Positions 20,916-32,236 of a stretch of 64,000 bases of DNA are shown in pieces. Both the position numbers and the translations under genes were made by a program. Positions within the stretch are counted from its first letter, which is position 1; the number at the start of each line of letters is the position of its first letter. Under the pieces are notes generated by a model. It was not told where the DNA came from and did no database searches. It saw only the letters and a list, made by a program, of their open reading frames with translations. Source of the stretch: an uncultured Actinomycetota bacterium (lineage in GTDB: Bacteria; Actinomycetota; Humimicrobiia; Humimicrobiales; Humimicrobiaceae); assembly GCA_964610385.1 (NCBI GenBank), contig CAZSXW010000006.1, positions 17,534-81,533 of the forward strand, written 5' to 3'.

Positions 20916-23348
20916 ATGGTATTCGAACTTAGAGGTAAAATAAAAAATATTGAGATCGAATCGGAGATGCAGGATTCCTACCTTAGCTATGCCATGAGTG
21001 TTATTATAGGCAGGGCACTGCCGGATGTAAAAGATGGTCTCAAGCCGGTCCACCGGAGAATATTGTATGCCATGTATGATATGGGCATCAAATCCAATAT
21101 CCCTTATAAAAAGTGCGCCCGAATTGTGGGAGAGGTGCTTGGCAAATATCACCCCCACGGTGACACTGCGGTATATGATGCCATGGTACGTATGGCTCAG
21201 GATTTTTCCCAGCGTTATATTCTGGTAGACGGGCATGGAAATTTTGGTTCTGTTGACGGTGATAGTGCCGCAGCTATGAGATATACGGAAGCAAGGCTCT
21301 CTAAGATTGCTGAGGAGCTTCTGGTCGATATAGAAAAGGATACCATAGAGTTTGTCGACAATTTTGACAGTTCACTAAAAGAGCCATCGAAACTGCCTTC
21401 AAAATTCCCAAATCTTTTAGTAAATGGATCTTCCGGTATTGCCGTGGGAATGGCTACCAATATCCCGCCTCATAACCTGGGAGAGATAATAGATGGGGTC
21501 ATCCATTATATAGACGATCCTAAAGCTAAAGTCACCGATCTTATGAAGAATGTAAAGGGCCCTGATTTTCCTACCGGCGGTATCATAATGGGGATAGGAG
21601 GGATAAAAGAAGCATATGAGACCGGCAGGGGGCGTATAGTCATAAGAGGCAGGGTTCATCAAGAACAGCCCAGAAAAGGAAGAACCCAGATAATAATCAC
21701 CGAACTCCCATACCAGGTAAATAAATCAAGATTTATTGAAAAAATAGCCGCGCTGGTCAGAGCTAAAAGGATAGAGGGTATTAGTGACCTGCGGGATGAA
21801 TCAGATAAGAGCGGGATGAGAGTGGTAATTGAACTAAAAAGAGATTCAGTCCCGAACGTTATCATTAATTCTTTGTACAAAAACACACAGCTTGAAGACA
21901 CCTTTGGAATAATTATGCTGGCTCTTGTTGATGGTGTACCCAGGACTCTTAATTTACTGGGTCTGATAGCAGAATATGCCAAACATAGATTTGATGTGGT
22001 AGTGAGGAGAACCAAATACGAATTAAAGAAAGCTGAAGAGCGGGATCATATCCTAAAAGGTCTTTTAATAGCTCTAGATAATCTGGATGAGGTTATAAAG
22101 ACCATAAAATCTTCAAAAGATGTACCTACGGCAAGAAAAAGATTGGTTAAGGATTTTAAACTCACTGTCATACAGGCACAGGCCATACTGGATTTGAAGT
22201 TACAGCGCTTGACCGGATTGGAAAGAGATAAGATAAAATTAGAACACAAACAGTTAATTGAAAAAATAAAACAGTTAAAGAAGCTCCTCGGTAGTGATAA
22301 GTTGATATACGGAGTGATAAAAGATGAACTGTCTGAGATCAAAAAGAAATACGGCGATGATAGAAGGACAGATATGACCACAGATATCTCTGATATCGAG
22401 ATCGAGGATCTTATACCTGAAGAAGAAAATGTCATATCAATATCCCACTCGGGTTATATAAAAAGAGTACCTGTTACTACATATAGAAAGCAGGGAAGGG
22501 GCGGAAGAGGAGTAACCGGTACCAATCTCAAGGAAGACGATTTTGTCAAACACCTGTTTATAGCATCTACACATCATTATATTATGTTTTTCTCAAATCT
22601 GGGCAAGGTGTATAGATTAAAAGTTCATCAAATACCTACGGGAAGCAGGATGTCAAAAGGCAAGGCAATCGTAAATCTGCTTCCCTTTAGACCCGGGGAG
22701 ACTGTAACAGCCATAATCGCGGTAAGAGATTATGGAGATGATAAGTATTTGATAATGTCCACAAAGAAAGGAATAGTTAAAAAGACTCCCATTAAAGCTT
22801 ATGACTCTTCCAGAAGAGACGGGATCATCGCCATGACCATAAAAGAAGGAGATGAATTGATAGGAGTAGAAAAGTCCAACGGCAGCGATGAAGTCATAAT
22901 GGTTTCAAGAAATGCACAGGCTATAAGGTTCAGTGAAAAAGACTGCAGACCGATGGGTAGAACTTCGCAGGGAGTAAAGGGGATGAAGCTTGCCAGAGGA
23001 GATGAAGCCCTTTCTATGATGGTTGTAAAGGAGCTTGAAGGAGACCTTTTTGTGCTTACGGAGAATGGTTATGGGAAAAGAACGCAGCTGTCTGAGTATA
23101 AGACACAGAGAAGAGGGGGGGTTGGTCTAAGAACCTTAAAAATAACAGAAAAGAAAGGAAAAGTAGCCGGGGCAGGGATAATCAAGGATGAGCATGATGT
23201 AATGATAATTTCTGATACAGGATTACTGATAAGGATTCCCGCCAAGTCCATATCAAGGATAGGGAGATCCACCCAGGGAGTTAAAGTCATTAATCTGGGA
23301 GAAGGAGCTAAAGTAGCATCTTATTCCATAGTTACTTCTGAAAGTTAA
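20916..23348 (+). CDS. gyrA: DNA gyrase subunit A
   Basis: N-terminal [25 protein letters not shown] pattern with the active-site Tyr region, plus C-terminal beta-pinwheel repeats. Confidence 0.95.
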   Translation: MVFELRGKIKNIEIESEMQDSYLSYAMSVIIGRALPDVKDGLKPVHRRILYAMYDMGIKSNIPYKKCARIVGEVLGKYHPHGDTAVYDAMVRMAQDFSQRYILVDGHGNFGSVDGDSAAAMRYTEARLSKIAEELLVDIEKDTIEFVDNFDSSLKEPSKLPSKFPNLLVNGSSGIAVGMATNIPPHNLGEIIDGVIHYIDDPKAKVTDLMKNVKGPDFPTGGIIMGIGGIKEAYETGRGRIVIRGRVHQEQPRKGRTQIIITELPYQVNKSRFIEKIAALVRAKRIEGISDLRDESDKSGMRVVIELKRDSVPNVIINSLYKNTQLEDTFGIIMLALVDGVPRTLNLLGLIAEYAKHRFDVVVRRTKYELKKAEERDHILKGLLIALDNLDEVIKTIKSSKDVPTARKRLVKDFKLTVIQAQAILDLKLQRLTGLERDKIKLEHKQLIEKIKQLKKLLGSDKLIYGVIKDELSEIKKKYGDDRRTDMTTDISDIEIEDLIPEEENVISISHSGYIKRVPVTTYRKQGRGGRGVTGTNLKEDDFVKHLFIASTHHYIMFFSNLGKVYRLKVHQIPTGSRMSKGKAIVNLLPFRPGETVTAIIAVRDYGDDKYLIMSTKKGIVKKTPIKAYDSSRRDGIIAMTIKEGDELIGVEKSNGSDEVIMVSRNAQAIRFSEKDCRPMGRTSQGVKGMKLARGDEALSMMVVKELEGDLFVLTENGYGKRTQLSEYKTQRRGGVGLRTLKITEKKGKVAGAGIIKDEHDVMIISDTGLLIRIPAKSISRIGRSTQGVKVINLGEGAKVASYSIVTSES

Positions 23349-23474
23349 TAAAATGATTTAATTTAATTTATTTTCTAAATCTGATATCATATTTTTCAAT
23401 AGTGATGTTTTGATACAATCAATAGGTTTGCTTTAGAATATTAATAAAATATCAATTAAAAGGAGGAAAACTAA

Positions 23475-23864
23475 ATGGCAGTAAGTAAATCAGAGATTGA
23501 TGCAGATTGTACCAAGAAGAGTTCTACTGGTATGGACCCAAAAGTGGCTGTATTACTCGCTTATCTTTTCAGTTGGGTCGGCGGATTGGTATTCTGGCTC
23601 ATTGAAAAAGAAAACAAATTCGTTAAGTGGAATGCGCTTCAAGCACTTATCATAGGAATTATTGAAATCGGATCTTTAATAATAATTTCTCTTCTCTTAG
23701 GCATGATTCCTTTTATTGGATGGTTTTTCTTTTCATGGCTGGGATGGTTAATTTTTGGTATTGCAAGAGTGCTCGCAATTGTAGCATTAATTATGGCATT
23801 TCAATGCAATACATTCAGGATCCCAGGTGTCTGTAAATTAACAGATAAGTACTTTAAGATGTAA
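23475..23864 (+). CDS. DUF4870-like small membrane protein
   Basis: Pattern LAYLFSWVGGLVFWLIEKENKFVKWNALQAL; 3 TM helices. Confidence 0.5.
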   Translation: MAVSKSEIDADCTKKSSTGMDPKVAVLLAYLFSWVGGLVFWLIEKENKFVKWNALQALIIGIIEIGSLIIISLLLGMIPFIGWFFFSWLGWLIFGIARVLAIVALIMAFQCNTFRIPGVCKLTDKYFKM

Positions 23865-23961
23865 TAAATAGATATTAGCAAGTCATAGATTTTAAAGTTT
23901 TGTGCTGTGAAATAGGGTATGACTTCAAGTAGTCTATGATGTATGCGTCCAAGGAGAAAAT

Positions 23962-24363
23962 ATGGATGTTGAGAGGAAAGTATTAAGAAGCGTAAGCGAA
24001 CTTTCTATGTTTAAGTACCTGCTGGTTTTCTATTTAATATTTTTTATTTTAACCGTTGTTCTGATGGGAATATTTGGGCTTATTGCCTGGTTGAGTGTTT
24101 CTGCTCTTGGCTTTGATATAAGCAGAGTTTTAGCAAGTCTGGGTCTCGGTAACTTCACCTTTAATAACCTTAACCTCAGGGGCGGTGGGACCGCAGCTGT
24201 TCTTATATTTATAGGAAGCGGTCTGGTTGCTTCAGTGTTTTATGCTGCTGTCGGGACACTGGCTGTATGGATAATGAATGTTGTTTTAAAAATCGTCGGC
24301 GGAGTGGAACTGAGATTCTTAATGAAAAAGGAAGAAGAGGCAAGCCCCAAGAAATCGAAGTAG
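23962..24363 (+). CDS. hypothetical membrane protein
   Basis: Three predicted TM helices; no recognisable family. Confidence 0.35.
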   Translation: MDVERKVLRSVSELSMFKYLLVFYLIFFILTVVLMGIFGLIAWLSVSALGFDISRVLASLGLGNFTFNNLNLRGGGTAAVLIFIGSGLVASVFYAAVGTLAVWIMNVVLKIVGGVELRFLMKKEEEASPKKSK

Positions 24364-24467
24364 GTACGTTACTTTTTAAAATCGATTTAAAGTTATATAC
24401 TGCCGTGTTTTCACCTTGACAAAAATATATTAAATTGTTATTTTGACCTCTGTTAAAAATTCGGACA

Positions 24468-24544
24468 GGGCCTATAGCTCAGTTGGTTAGAGCGCATCCC
24501 TGATAAGGATGAGGCCTCTGGTTCGAGTCCAGATAGGCCCACCA
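24468..24544 (+). tRNA. tRNA-Ile (anticodon GAT)
   Basis: 77 nt including CCA: GGGCCTATAGCTCAGTTGGTTAGAGC... Anticodon loop CTGATAA; T-arm GGTTCGAGTCC. Confidence 0.9.
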
Positions 24545-24557
24545 GTTTACAGAATGT

Positions 24558-24633
24558 GGGGGTGTAGCTCAGCTGGGAGAGCGCCTGCCTTGCAAGCAGG
24601 AGGTCAGCGGTTCGATCCCGCTCATCTCCACCA
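24558..24633 (+). tRNA. tRNA-Ala (anticodon TGC)
   Basis: 76 nt including CCA: GGGGGTGTAGCTCAGCTGGGAGAGCGCC... Anticodon loop CTTGCAA; G3:U70 identity pair present. Confidence 0.9.
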
Positions 24634-24650
24634 TAAGTATAGCCATTTTA

Positions 24651-25076
24651 TCAGGTCTTGGAAGCTAATTTGTCCTGCATTATCAGCATATCCTTTAGGG
24701 TGATGGATTCAAATACATCATAAAATTGTCTGCTTGCCTTTTCCCATATCTTACGGGCCACGCAGTTTTTGGACCTGTAGCATATGTCGGGACTTTTGAT
24801 GCATTCTGCAATATCAAGTGTTCCCTCTACGGCTTTTAAGATCTCGCTTAAATTTATTTTTTCGGGAGACCTTGCAAGGAAATATCCTCCATGAGAACCG
24901 CGTGTGGATTTGATAAGACCAGCGACCTTTAGCGGTATTATAAGCTGGCCGAGATATTTAAGAGATATATCCTGTGAACTGCTGATATCCTTTAGAAGTA
25001 CCGGGCCGGTATTATACCTGAAGGCTAACTCCAGCATCAATCTTGTACTGTATCTTCCTCTCGTGGATAATTTCAT
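24651..25076 (-). CDS. Rrf2 family transcriptional regulator (IscR/NsrR-like, Cys ligands present)
   Basis: N-terminal HTH (LSTRGRYSTRLMLELA) and three spaced Cys (CIKSPDICYRSKNC) typical of Fe-S-binding Rrf2 proteins. Confidence 0.75.
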   Translation of the reverse strand: MKLSTRGRYSTRLMLELAFRYNTGPVLLKDISSSQDISLKYLGQLIIPLKVAGLIKSTRGSHGGYFLARSPEKINLSEILKAVEGTLDIAECIKSPDICYRSKNCVARKIWEKASRQFYDVFESITLKDMLIMQDKLASKT

Positions 25077-25237
25077 GTATTTATATTATCGTTATTCTTT
25101 TTTATTTTAATTATTATTATTGCTATCATATTAATAGAATTAATTTATTTTGTAAAATTTTGTTATTTATAACAAGTATACGGGCACTGCGATTTCTGTT
25201 AGAATGTTTAAATATTGACCGGGGAGATTATAGAAGA

Positions 25238-25723
25238 ATGGCTAATACATGGCTTGAAATATTTTTAGGCAAAATAGGGACATATATTTATATCTTTTTT
25301 TCCAGGTATTATTACTATATTATCCCATTAATAATGGCATACGGCATTTTTATGGCCTTGTCATCTTATAATTTTAGGAGAATTGAAAAAAGAGTCGATC
25401 TGGAGATATTAAATCAGTCCAAAAAAATTTTAAAGGAAGTCCCGGATATCAATTATATAGATTTGGTTGAAAGAATAAAAATACTATGGAAAAAGATGGT
25501 AAAGACTTATTCTTTTTTCCCGTATATATCACAGGAGTCTGGTCTGTGGGTGAAAAAGACTGATCCACTGGTAATAAGGGATACTATTATGCAGGATGAG
25601 AAAAAAATAAGGTTAGTCCTGGAAAGAAATGGCATTTACAATTTCCGGGAGAAATCGCTTGGACCGAGAAACCTGTATACAGAAAGTATCCACAGAATCA
25701 CCAGGAGAAAAGATTTTAAGTGA
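25238..25723 (+). CDS. hypothetical protein with one TM helix
   Basis: ORF trimmed to the ATG that has a GGGGAG Shine-Dalgarno sequence. The upstream 65 codons are AT-rich low-complexity and overlap the Rrf2 gene on the other strand. Confidence 0.3.
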   Translation: MANTWLEIFLGKIGTYIYIFFSRYYYYIIPLIMAYGIFMALSSYNFRRIEKRVDLEILNQSKKILKEVPDINYIDLVERIKILWKKMVKTYSFFPYISQESGLWVKKTDPLVIRDTIMQDEKKIRLVLERNGIYNFREKSLGPRNLYTESIHRITRRKDFK

Positions 25724-25725
25724 TT

Positions 25726-27027
25726 TTATAGGAAAAGATTGAATATGGGGTGTATGATTTTAAGCAGGATCCAGAAAAATATATTTGAACTGCTGCCGAT
25801 AGATGAAAGTCTTTTATAACCTTCGATTAGTTCCATATCATGTTTTAGAAAAAAGTCTGTGAAAAGATGGCCCATATCGGTTGTTATCCAGAGGATTATT
25901 GGTATTATAATCAACGCGATAATAAAACTTCTAAATATGTCACCTCTGGAAGGAATTATTATCCAAAGCAGTATAAAGGGGATCATTACGAGATCAGCAT
26001 TTGGGAGTACTGCATTACCAGGAAGTACAGTTGAAATATAAACGGTAAGGGGGATGATAATAACCGATAGAGCGATAACAGAAGGCTGCCCCACAAGGAT
26101 TATAGGATCTAGCCCGATATATATTTCTCTTTTTGTGATCCTTCGCCTGATAAAATCTTTTATTCCATGAACAGTAGGTATAAGGCCTGTTAGAAGGATG
26201 TTTACCGCCCTGGGCATTAGTATCATTATAATAGATAAAGCCAGGCCGCTTGACAGAGCGTAGAGAAGACTCGGACCTGTATTTGATAGAAGCTCACTGT
26301 ATTTTGTAATCAGGCCGATTATAAATCCTAGAATAAATCCCATTATGATAGATTCAGAAAAAATACCGAGCTTGTACTGTATCTTTTCGTAGGAGATATG
26401 GATTCTTTTGATAAACGGGATCTTACTAAAGATTATATTGAATAGATGAGAGACAGGTGCCCAGCAGATAGTGTGAGCCTGAGGATTGGAAATACCGCTG
26501 ATTCCGAAATAACTCTCTGTATATACTGCATATATATCTGATAGCACAAAAGTCACGACAGCGGTTATTAACGCGATTAATATTCCAAACCATTTTATTT
26601 CTGTAATAGAAAATATTACAGAACCTACCAGCAGAAAGCTCCAGTAATTCCAGAGATCTAAATTTATAGTTCTGGTAAATCTCAGGGAGAGCATGACGAT
26701 ATTCAAAATAAAAACAGCTATTATAATCTGAAAGATTATAGGAGAATTTAAAATAACTGTTTTGGATACCAGCCAGCCTGCGTCAATAATATCAAATTCC
26801 TTAGAGGAATTTGCCACTATGGTATTTATAAGAGGTTCGAAAAAATTGACAAAAAGCGTCAGCAGTATTGAAACGCTGGTAAGGCCGATAAAGATAAGCA
26901 CGCAATTCTTTAGATTTTTAAGAGGTTTTCTTTCTACAATAAGGCTTATTACAAGTAATAAGACCGGGATTATTATTACCGGCCCCAGTTCTATTATATA
27001 TTCTAAAGTATTGTATCCAGAAGGCAT
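25726..27027 (-). CDS. PTS galactitol-family EIIC permease (GatC family), orphan
   Basis: Clear block similarity to E. coli GatC (YI.ELGP...P; N.D.WN.W; MLLMPR; IGLDP..L.G...V.AS.I.IPLT....VLPGN.VLP..DL). No EIIA or EIIB gene nearby. Confidence 0.7.
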   Translation of the reverse strand: MPSGYNTLEYIIELGPVIIIPVLLLVISLIVERKPLKNLKNCVLIFIGLTSVSILLTLFVNFFEPLINTIVANSSKEFDIIDAGWLVSKTVILNSPIIFQIIIAVFILNIVMLSLRFTRTINLDLWNYWSFLLVGSVIFSITEIKWFGILIALITAVVTFVLSDIYAVYTESYFGISGISNPQAHTICWAPVSHLFNIIFSKIPFIKRIHISYEKIQYKLGIFSESIIMGFILGFIIGLITKYSELLSNTGPSLLYALSSGLALSIIMILMPRAVNILLTGLIPTVHGIKDFIRRRITKREIYIGLDPIILVGQPSVIALSVIIIPLTVYISTVLPGNAVLPNADLVMIPFILLWIIIPSRGDIFRSFIIALIIIPIILWITTDMGHLFTDFFLKHDMELIEGYKRLSSIGSSSNIFFWILLKIIHPIFNLFL

Positions 27028-27095
27028 AAAAAAGTTTTATTTTTTTAATGATGATATATTATACTTATTATTCAGTATAAAAAAAAGGAACTATT

Positions 27096-27758
27096 ATGAA
27101 CAGGTTTAGTATGGACCTGCCTTCTGAAACAGCCAAATATATCAATAAGAGCAGGGATAATTTTAAGAAATTTTATAGCCAGATGTTTAAAGAGCTGTCA
27201 GCCAGGGATATGGATGACGTTTTGGATAAAACAAAATCGGGTCTTTTGGATAATAGAAAAATAAGTCTCCCCTTTTTTAAAAGGGAGATTATAGTAGATT
27301 TAAATAGAAATATTATTTATTACAGTGGGAAGAAAAAATCGGGAGCAGGAGAAGATCTGGATAAATATTCATCTTCTATTGTCTTGCATTATCTTCTTAA
27401 TGCAGATGGCACTCCGCTTTCAGGGAACTGGATATCTTACCGGGAGCTTCCTGGAGGACTTTTTTACTGGCGGACGATTCCCGGAATACTGGCGATCCTG
27501 GCAAAGAGATACGGCAGCAATGGAGAGGGTTTTTTAAAAAAAGCGCTTGAGATAGGCGGTGAGAAATATACCGGATTCAAATTTGGATCGGTTATTTATC
27601 CCTTTAAAATGTTTCCTGTTCTTTTGGTCCTTGATGAGGAAAGCGATGAGTTTGGAGCAAGCGCCAGAGTCTTATTTGATAGCAGTGCTTCCCATTATTT
27701 AAAGACCTACGTGGTAAAGTTAATCTTGATATATACCATAAACAAACTCTGCAGTTGA
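27096..27758 (+). CDS. hypothetical protein (possibly DUF3786 family)
   Basis: No catalytic motifs recognised; the family assignment is from memory only. Confidence 0.3.
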   Translation: MNRFSMDLPSETAKYINKSRDNFKKFYSQMFKELSARDMDDVLDKTKSGLLDNRKISLPFFKREIIVDLNRNIIYYSGKKKSGAGEDLDKYSSSIVLHYLLNADGTPLSGNWISYRELPGGLFYWRTIPGILAILAKRYGSNGEGFLKKALEIGGEKYTGFKFGSVIYPFKMFPVLLVLDEESDEFGASARVLFDSSASHYLKTYVVKLILIYTINKLCS

Positions 27759-27896
27759 TTTATATGATTTTATTTAAAAATCCGTTCTTTACCTGAATGT
27801 AGGCGTATAAAAGATGCTTTTACCGCAAAACACACGACCTTTAAAATTTTAATTATTTATTATATAATAGGAAAAATGTTCACTCCTTGAACAATT

Positions 27897-28865
27897 GTGC
27901 AAAATTTAAAGCAAGAAATAATGGACGGAGCGGAAAGAAAAAAATTGATCTTAAAAATAGCAAGGCTTTATTATATCGAGAGTCTCACCCAGCAGAAAAT
28001 AGCTGATAAACTAAATATTTCAAGGACAAAAGTCTCTAGGTATTTAAATACTGCTAGGAAAGAAAAGATAGTGGAGATAAAAATAAATCCGGGAGTAGAG
28101 GATTATTCTAAAATCGAATATGAAATAGAAAAAAAGTTTAAAATAAAAGAATGTTCCGTGGTGCCTTCTTTTGAAAGCAGTGAAGAAATCCTAGGGATGA
28201 TGGCGGATACATTTAATAATCTGCTGGAAAGAATACTGGTCAATGGCAGTTATTTGGGGATCGGCTGGGGGAGCTCGCTTAAAGCATTATCGGATTGCAT
28301 AAATATTGACGGTAAATCTGATATCAAGGTAGTACCTATAATCGGGTGTCTTGGAAAGATTGGGACAGGAATACATACTAATTCTGTAGCTAAAAATATT
28401 GCAGATAAGCTGGGCAGTATAAGTTATATGATACATTCCCCGGCTATTCTGGACAGCAGGGAGATAAGAGAAACTGTGGAAAAAGACAGCAATACCAGGG
28501 AAATACTTGAACTGTCGGCAAAAATAGACGCCGCGCTTATTGGATTAAGCGATATTGGTCCTGATTCTTCATTGATAAAAACAGGTAGTTTTAGTATGGA
28601 GGAATTCAGATATTTGCAGAGACTGGGCGTGGTAGGAGATGTAAATCTTATTTTTATAAATAAGCAAGGGAAACATGTACCCAATAAAATAGATGAAAGG
28701 ATTGTAAGAATTTCACCCGAGAGATTAAAGAGAGTTAAAAATGTCATCGGGGTTGCATTCGGAAAAAGAAAGTTGCCGGTAATAGTAGGCGCACTTAGAG
28801 GCGGACTGATTAACATCCTGTTTACGGATGAAGAGACGGCACAGGATATAATAAGGTGGGGATAA
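27897..28865 (+). CDS. SorC/DeoR-family sugar-binding transcriptional regulator
   Basis: N-terminal HTH (ARLYYIESLTQQKIADKLNISRTKVSRYL) plus a C-terminal putative sugar-binding domain, CggR/SorC-like. Confidence 0.7.
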   Translation: MQNLKQEIMDGAERKKLILKIARLYYIESLTQQKIADKLNISRTKVSRYLNTARKEKIVEIKINPGVEDYSKIEYEIEKKFKIKECSVVPSFESSEEILGMMADTFNNLLERILVNGSYLGIGWGSSLKALSDCINIDGKSDIKVVPIIGCLGKIGTGIHTNSVAKNIADKLGSISYMIHSPAILDSREIRETVEKDSNTREILELSAKIDAALIGLSDIGPDSSLIKTGSFSMEEFRYLQRLGVVGDVNLIFINKQGKHVPNKIDERIVRISPERLKRVKNVIGVAFGKRKLPVIVGALRGGLINILFTDEETAQDIIRWG

Positions 28866-28868
28866 AAT

Positions 28869-29897
28869 ATGGACAGGGACTTAAAAAATAAAAAGGATTA
28901 TCTAAATATTGGCGGTTTTAAGATTAAAGATAGGTTTGGTCCGCTGGATAATAAGGTAAAGATTGAAATGCTTGAGAAAATGTATCAGATAAGACATTTC
29001 GAAGAAGAGACCGAGCAATTTATCATAAGGGGAATGATACACGGTACCTGTCATCTTTATACCGGTGAAGAGGCCACTGCTGTGGGGGCGGTATTTGCAT
29101 TAAAAAATGACGATTATATCACATCTACTCACAGGGGCCACGGCCACTGCATAGCAAAAGGATCAGACCTTAATATAATGATGGCGGAATTACTGGGCAA
29201 AAGAACTGGTTACTGCAAGGGTAAGGGTGGGTCCATGCACATTGCTGATATTGACTCGGGAAACCTTGGGGCAAATGGAGTAGTGGGGGGAAGTATTGGT
29301 ATTGCTACAGGGGCTGCGCTTACCTGTAAGATGAAAAAAAATGGTAAAATCACCGTTTGTTTTTTTGGAGATGGAGCATCTAATCTGGGGATATTTCACA
29401 GCTCCATAAATATGGCTTCCATATGGGATCTGCCAGTGATCTATCTTTGCGAGAATAACGTTTACGGGATGTCAACACCAGTAAAGGAATCGCTTAACAT
29501 AGAAAAGATATCAGATAGAAAGGCAGCCTACGGCATCAAGGGTCTTACCATTGACGGCAATGATCTTGTTGAGGTATTTAATACAGTTTCACATTTTGCA
29601 GACGAGTGCAGGGCAGGAAGAGGGCCTGTCCTGATTGAGAGTCTGACATATAGATGGAAGGGCCATTCTAAAAGTGATGCTCAGGTCTACAGAAAGAAAG
29701 AAGAGGTAAAAAGCTGGAAGGAAAAAGATCCTATAAAAAAGTATAAAAATGTTTTAATCGGCAGCAAAGTCTTAACTGAAGAGATGGACAGCGCCCTGGA
29801 AAAAGAAGTGGAAGACCAGCAGGATAAAGCTGTTAAATATGCCAAGGAGAGTCCCTTTCCCGAGCCTTCGGAAGTCGAAGAAGATGTATACGCTTGA
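28869..29897 (+). CDS. pyruvate/acetoin dehydrogenase E1 component alpha subunit (TPP-dependent)
   Basis: TPP-binding motif GDGASNLG...ENN and the E1-alpha pattern YRWKGHS. Confidence 0.85.
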   Translation: MDRDLKNKKDYLNIGGFKIKDRFGPLDNKVKIEMLEKMYQIRHFEEETEQFIIRGMIHGTCHLYTGEEATAVGAVFALKNDDYITSTHRGHGHCIAKGSDLNIMMAELLGKRTGYCKGKGGSMHIADIDSGNLGANGVVGGSIGIATGAALTCKMKKNGKITVCFFGDGASNLGIFHSSINMASIWDLPVIYLCENNVYGMSTPVKESLNIEKISDRKAAYGIKGLTIDGNDLVEVFNTVSHFADECRAGRGPVLIESLTYRWKGHSKSDAQVYRKKEEVKSWKEKDPIKKYKNVLIGSKVLTEEMDSALEKEVEDQQDKAVKYAKESPFPEPSEVEEDVYA

Positions 29898-29941
29898 GAA
29901 CATTATTATTAATGGATATACCTGATCAGAGGAGTCATATA

Positions 29942-30931
29942 ATGACAAGAGAACTTACTTATGCAGAAGCAATAAGAGAAGCCTTACAGCAGAAGATGAG
30001 GGAAGATAAAAACGTATACCTTATAGGAGAGGATATAGCAGAATACGGAGGTGCCTTTGGCGTGACAGCAGGTATGCTGGAGGAATTCGGTAAAGAGAGG
30101 ATAAGAAATACTCCCATTTCGGAAGCGGCCATAATAGGTGTCGCCACAGGCAGTGCCATTACAGGGATGAGACCAGTAGCCGAGATAATGTTTTCAGATT
30201 TTATGACAATAGCTATGAACGAGATCGTAAACCAGGCTGCCAAGATAAGGTATATGTTCGGAGGAAAAGCAAGGGTACCAATGGTAATAAGAACGGCAGG
30301 AGGCGGTGGAACCGGCGCTGCTGCCCAGCACTCGCAGAGCCTGGAAGCGCTTGTTGCTCATATACCTGGTCTGAAAGTGGTTATGCCGACTTGTCCCTAT
30401 GATGCAAAAGGGCTTCTGATCGCATCGATAAATGATGATAACCCTGTTGTTTTCATAGAACATAAACTTCTTTATAAAAATAAAAAATGCATTCAAAATG
30501 TCCCTCTTGAGATGTATGAGGTGCCGCTTGGGAAAGGTGATATTAAAAGGGAAGGTAGTGATATAAGCGTGGTCGCAACTTCCTATATGGTTCAGAAGTC
30601 ACTGGAAGTAGCTGAAAAATTATCAAAAGAGAAGGGCATTGAATGCGAAGTAATAGATATAAGAACACTCAGGCCTCTTGATATTGATATTATATTGGAT
30701 TCAGTCAGGAAGACAGGGAGACTTATATGTGTGGAGGAGGCACCGATTTTCGGAGGTTTTATGGGAGAGGTATCAGCCCAGGTAGCTGAGAAAGGATTTG
30801 ACTTGCTGGACGCTCCTATAATAAGAGTTGCGGGTAGAAATTGCCCTGTTCCATATAGTCTGGTGCTTGAGCAGGAAATGATCCCGAGTATTGAAAGGAT
30901 CGAAAAGGGAATTTTAAATTTCTTTAAATAA
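29942..30931 (+). CDS. pyruvate/acetoin dehydrogenase E1 component beta subunit
   Basis: Transketolase-like pyrimidine-binding and C-terminal domains. Start set at the ATG after the AGGAG Shine-Dalgarno sequence. Confidence 0.85.
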   Translation: MTRELTYAEAIREALQQKMREDKNVYLIGEDIAEYGGAFGVTAGMLEEFGKERIRNTPISEAAIIGVATGSAITGMRPVAEIMFSDFMTIAMNEIVNQAAKIRYMFGGKARVPMVIRTAGGGGTGAAAQHSQSLEALVAHIPGLKVVMPTCPYDAKGLLIASINDDNPVVFIEHKLLYKNKKCIQNVPLEMYEVPLGKGDIKREGSDISVVATSYMVQKSLEVAEKLSKEKGIECEVIDIRTLRPLDIDIILDSVRKTGRLICVEEAPIFGGFMGEVSAQVAEKGFDLLDAPIIRVAGRNCPVPYSLVLEQEMIPSIERIEKGILNFFK

Positions 30932-31010
30932 TGTGCGTATTTTATGGATTTCTATATACTGTTATGTATATTAATATAAATTCAATGTTTATTATATAAG
31001 GAGCTAAATT

Positions 31011-32225
31011 ATGCACGAAGTGATTATGCCTAAACTGGGCCTCACTATGGAGACGGGAAGAATAGAAAAATGGCATAAAAAAGAAGGAGATAGCATAGAA
31101 AAAGGAGAAGTACTTTTCGAGGTTATGACTGATAAGGTGACGATTGAAGTGGAATCATACAATTCTGGTACTTTATTGAAGATAATGCATGCCGAGGGTG
31201 AAGACGTGCCTGTTACTGAAGTAGTGGCATATATAGGCGAGAAGGGTGAAAAGGTACCTGAAAAAGTGATTAAACAAAAAACTGTCAAAAAAAATAAAGA
31301 ACCGGAATTAAAAAATATATCGGAGTCAAAGGGCAGAGAAAAGAGAGTAAAAATATCACCGCTGGCGAGAAAAATGGCCGAGGATATGGGTATTGATTAC
31401 ACATCGGGAGAAATTACAGGTTCCGGTCCGGGAGGAAGAATAGTAAAAGAGGATGTAATAGCCTATGGTAAATCAAGAAAAGAAGGGAAAAAGGAAGATC
31501 TGGTATCTCAACAGGGGGCTGTTTCTATAAAATCATCCAGCAGGCTTACGGGTTTAAAGAAGGTGGTAGCGGAGCGTATGAGTTATTCAAAGTCAACCAT
31601 CCCTCATTTAGTTTTAAATGTAAAAGCTGATGTTACGAGACTTGTAGAGTTGAAAAAAAAGTTGGAGGAAGAAATCATAAAAAAATACGGTGTAAAGTTG
31701 ACTTATACAGATTTTATATTAAAGGCAACTGCTGTTGCGCTTAGAGAAAATCTGGAAGTAAATTCAACTTTTTCCGATGGAAATTATATAATATACAATG
31801 AGGTAAATGTAGGTGTGGCAGTTTCAATTGAAGAAGGTCTTATAGTCCCTTGCATCACTGGCTGTGATAAGTTAAAGATCACCGATATTGCAAAAAAGAG
31901 ATTGGAGCTGGTAAAAAAAGCCCGTCAAGGAAAACTAGGTCTGGAGGAAGTTTCAAAAGGTACCTTTACAGTAACAAATTTAGGGATGTACGGAATAAGA
32001 TCTTTTTCACCTATTATAAATCCTCCACAGGCGGCCATACTTGCTGTTGGTGACATATATATCGAGCCTGCAGCAGTAAAAGGAAAAATAGAACAGAGAT
32101 CCTTTATGAACCTTTCTATTTCCTGTGATCATAGAATAATCAATGGGACAGTAGGAGCAAAGTTCTTAAGAAGAGTAGTAGAACTTGTAGAAGATCCTGA
32201 TAAAATAACTGTTAATCAGATTTGA
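31011..32225 (+). CDS. dihydrolipoamide acyltransferase E2 component (single lipoyl domain)
   Basis: Lipoyl-lysine context (VMTDKVTIEVES), an E3-binding domain and a catalytic DHR..NG motif. Confidence 0.85.
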   Translation: MHEVIMPKLGLTMETGRIEKWHKKEGDSIEKGEVLFEVMTDKVTIEVESYNSGTLLKIMHAEGEDVPVTEVVAYIGEKGEKVPEKVIKQKTVKKNKEPELKNISESKGREKRVKISPLARKMAEDMGIDYTSGEITGSGPGGRIVKEDVIAYGKSRKEGKKEDLVSQQGAVSIKSSSRLTGLKKVVAERMSYSKSTIPHLVLNVKADVTRLVELKKKLEEEIIKKYGVKLTYTDFILKATAVALRENLEVNSTFSDGNYIIYNEVNVGVAVSIEEGLIVPCITGCDKLKITDIAKKRLELVKKARQGKLGLEEVSKGTFTVTNLGMYGIRSFSPIINPPQAAILAVGDIYIEPAAVKGKIEQRSFMNLSISCDHRIINGTVGAKFLRRVVELVEDPDKITVNQI

Positions 32226-32236
32226 CGGTTTTAAAA

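Noticed and set aside
24509-24703. 64-aa ORF in the six-frame track
   Set aside because: It lies entirely over the tRNA-Ile and tRNA-Ala genes, so it is a spurious translation of structural RNA.
25043-25237. N-terminal 65 codons of the 226-aa ORF
   Set aside because: This segment is AT-rich and low-complexity (poly-Tyr/Ile/Phe) and overlaps the Rrf2 gene terminus. The start was moved to the ATG at 25238, which has a Shine-Dalgarno sequence.
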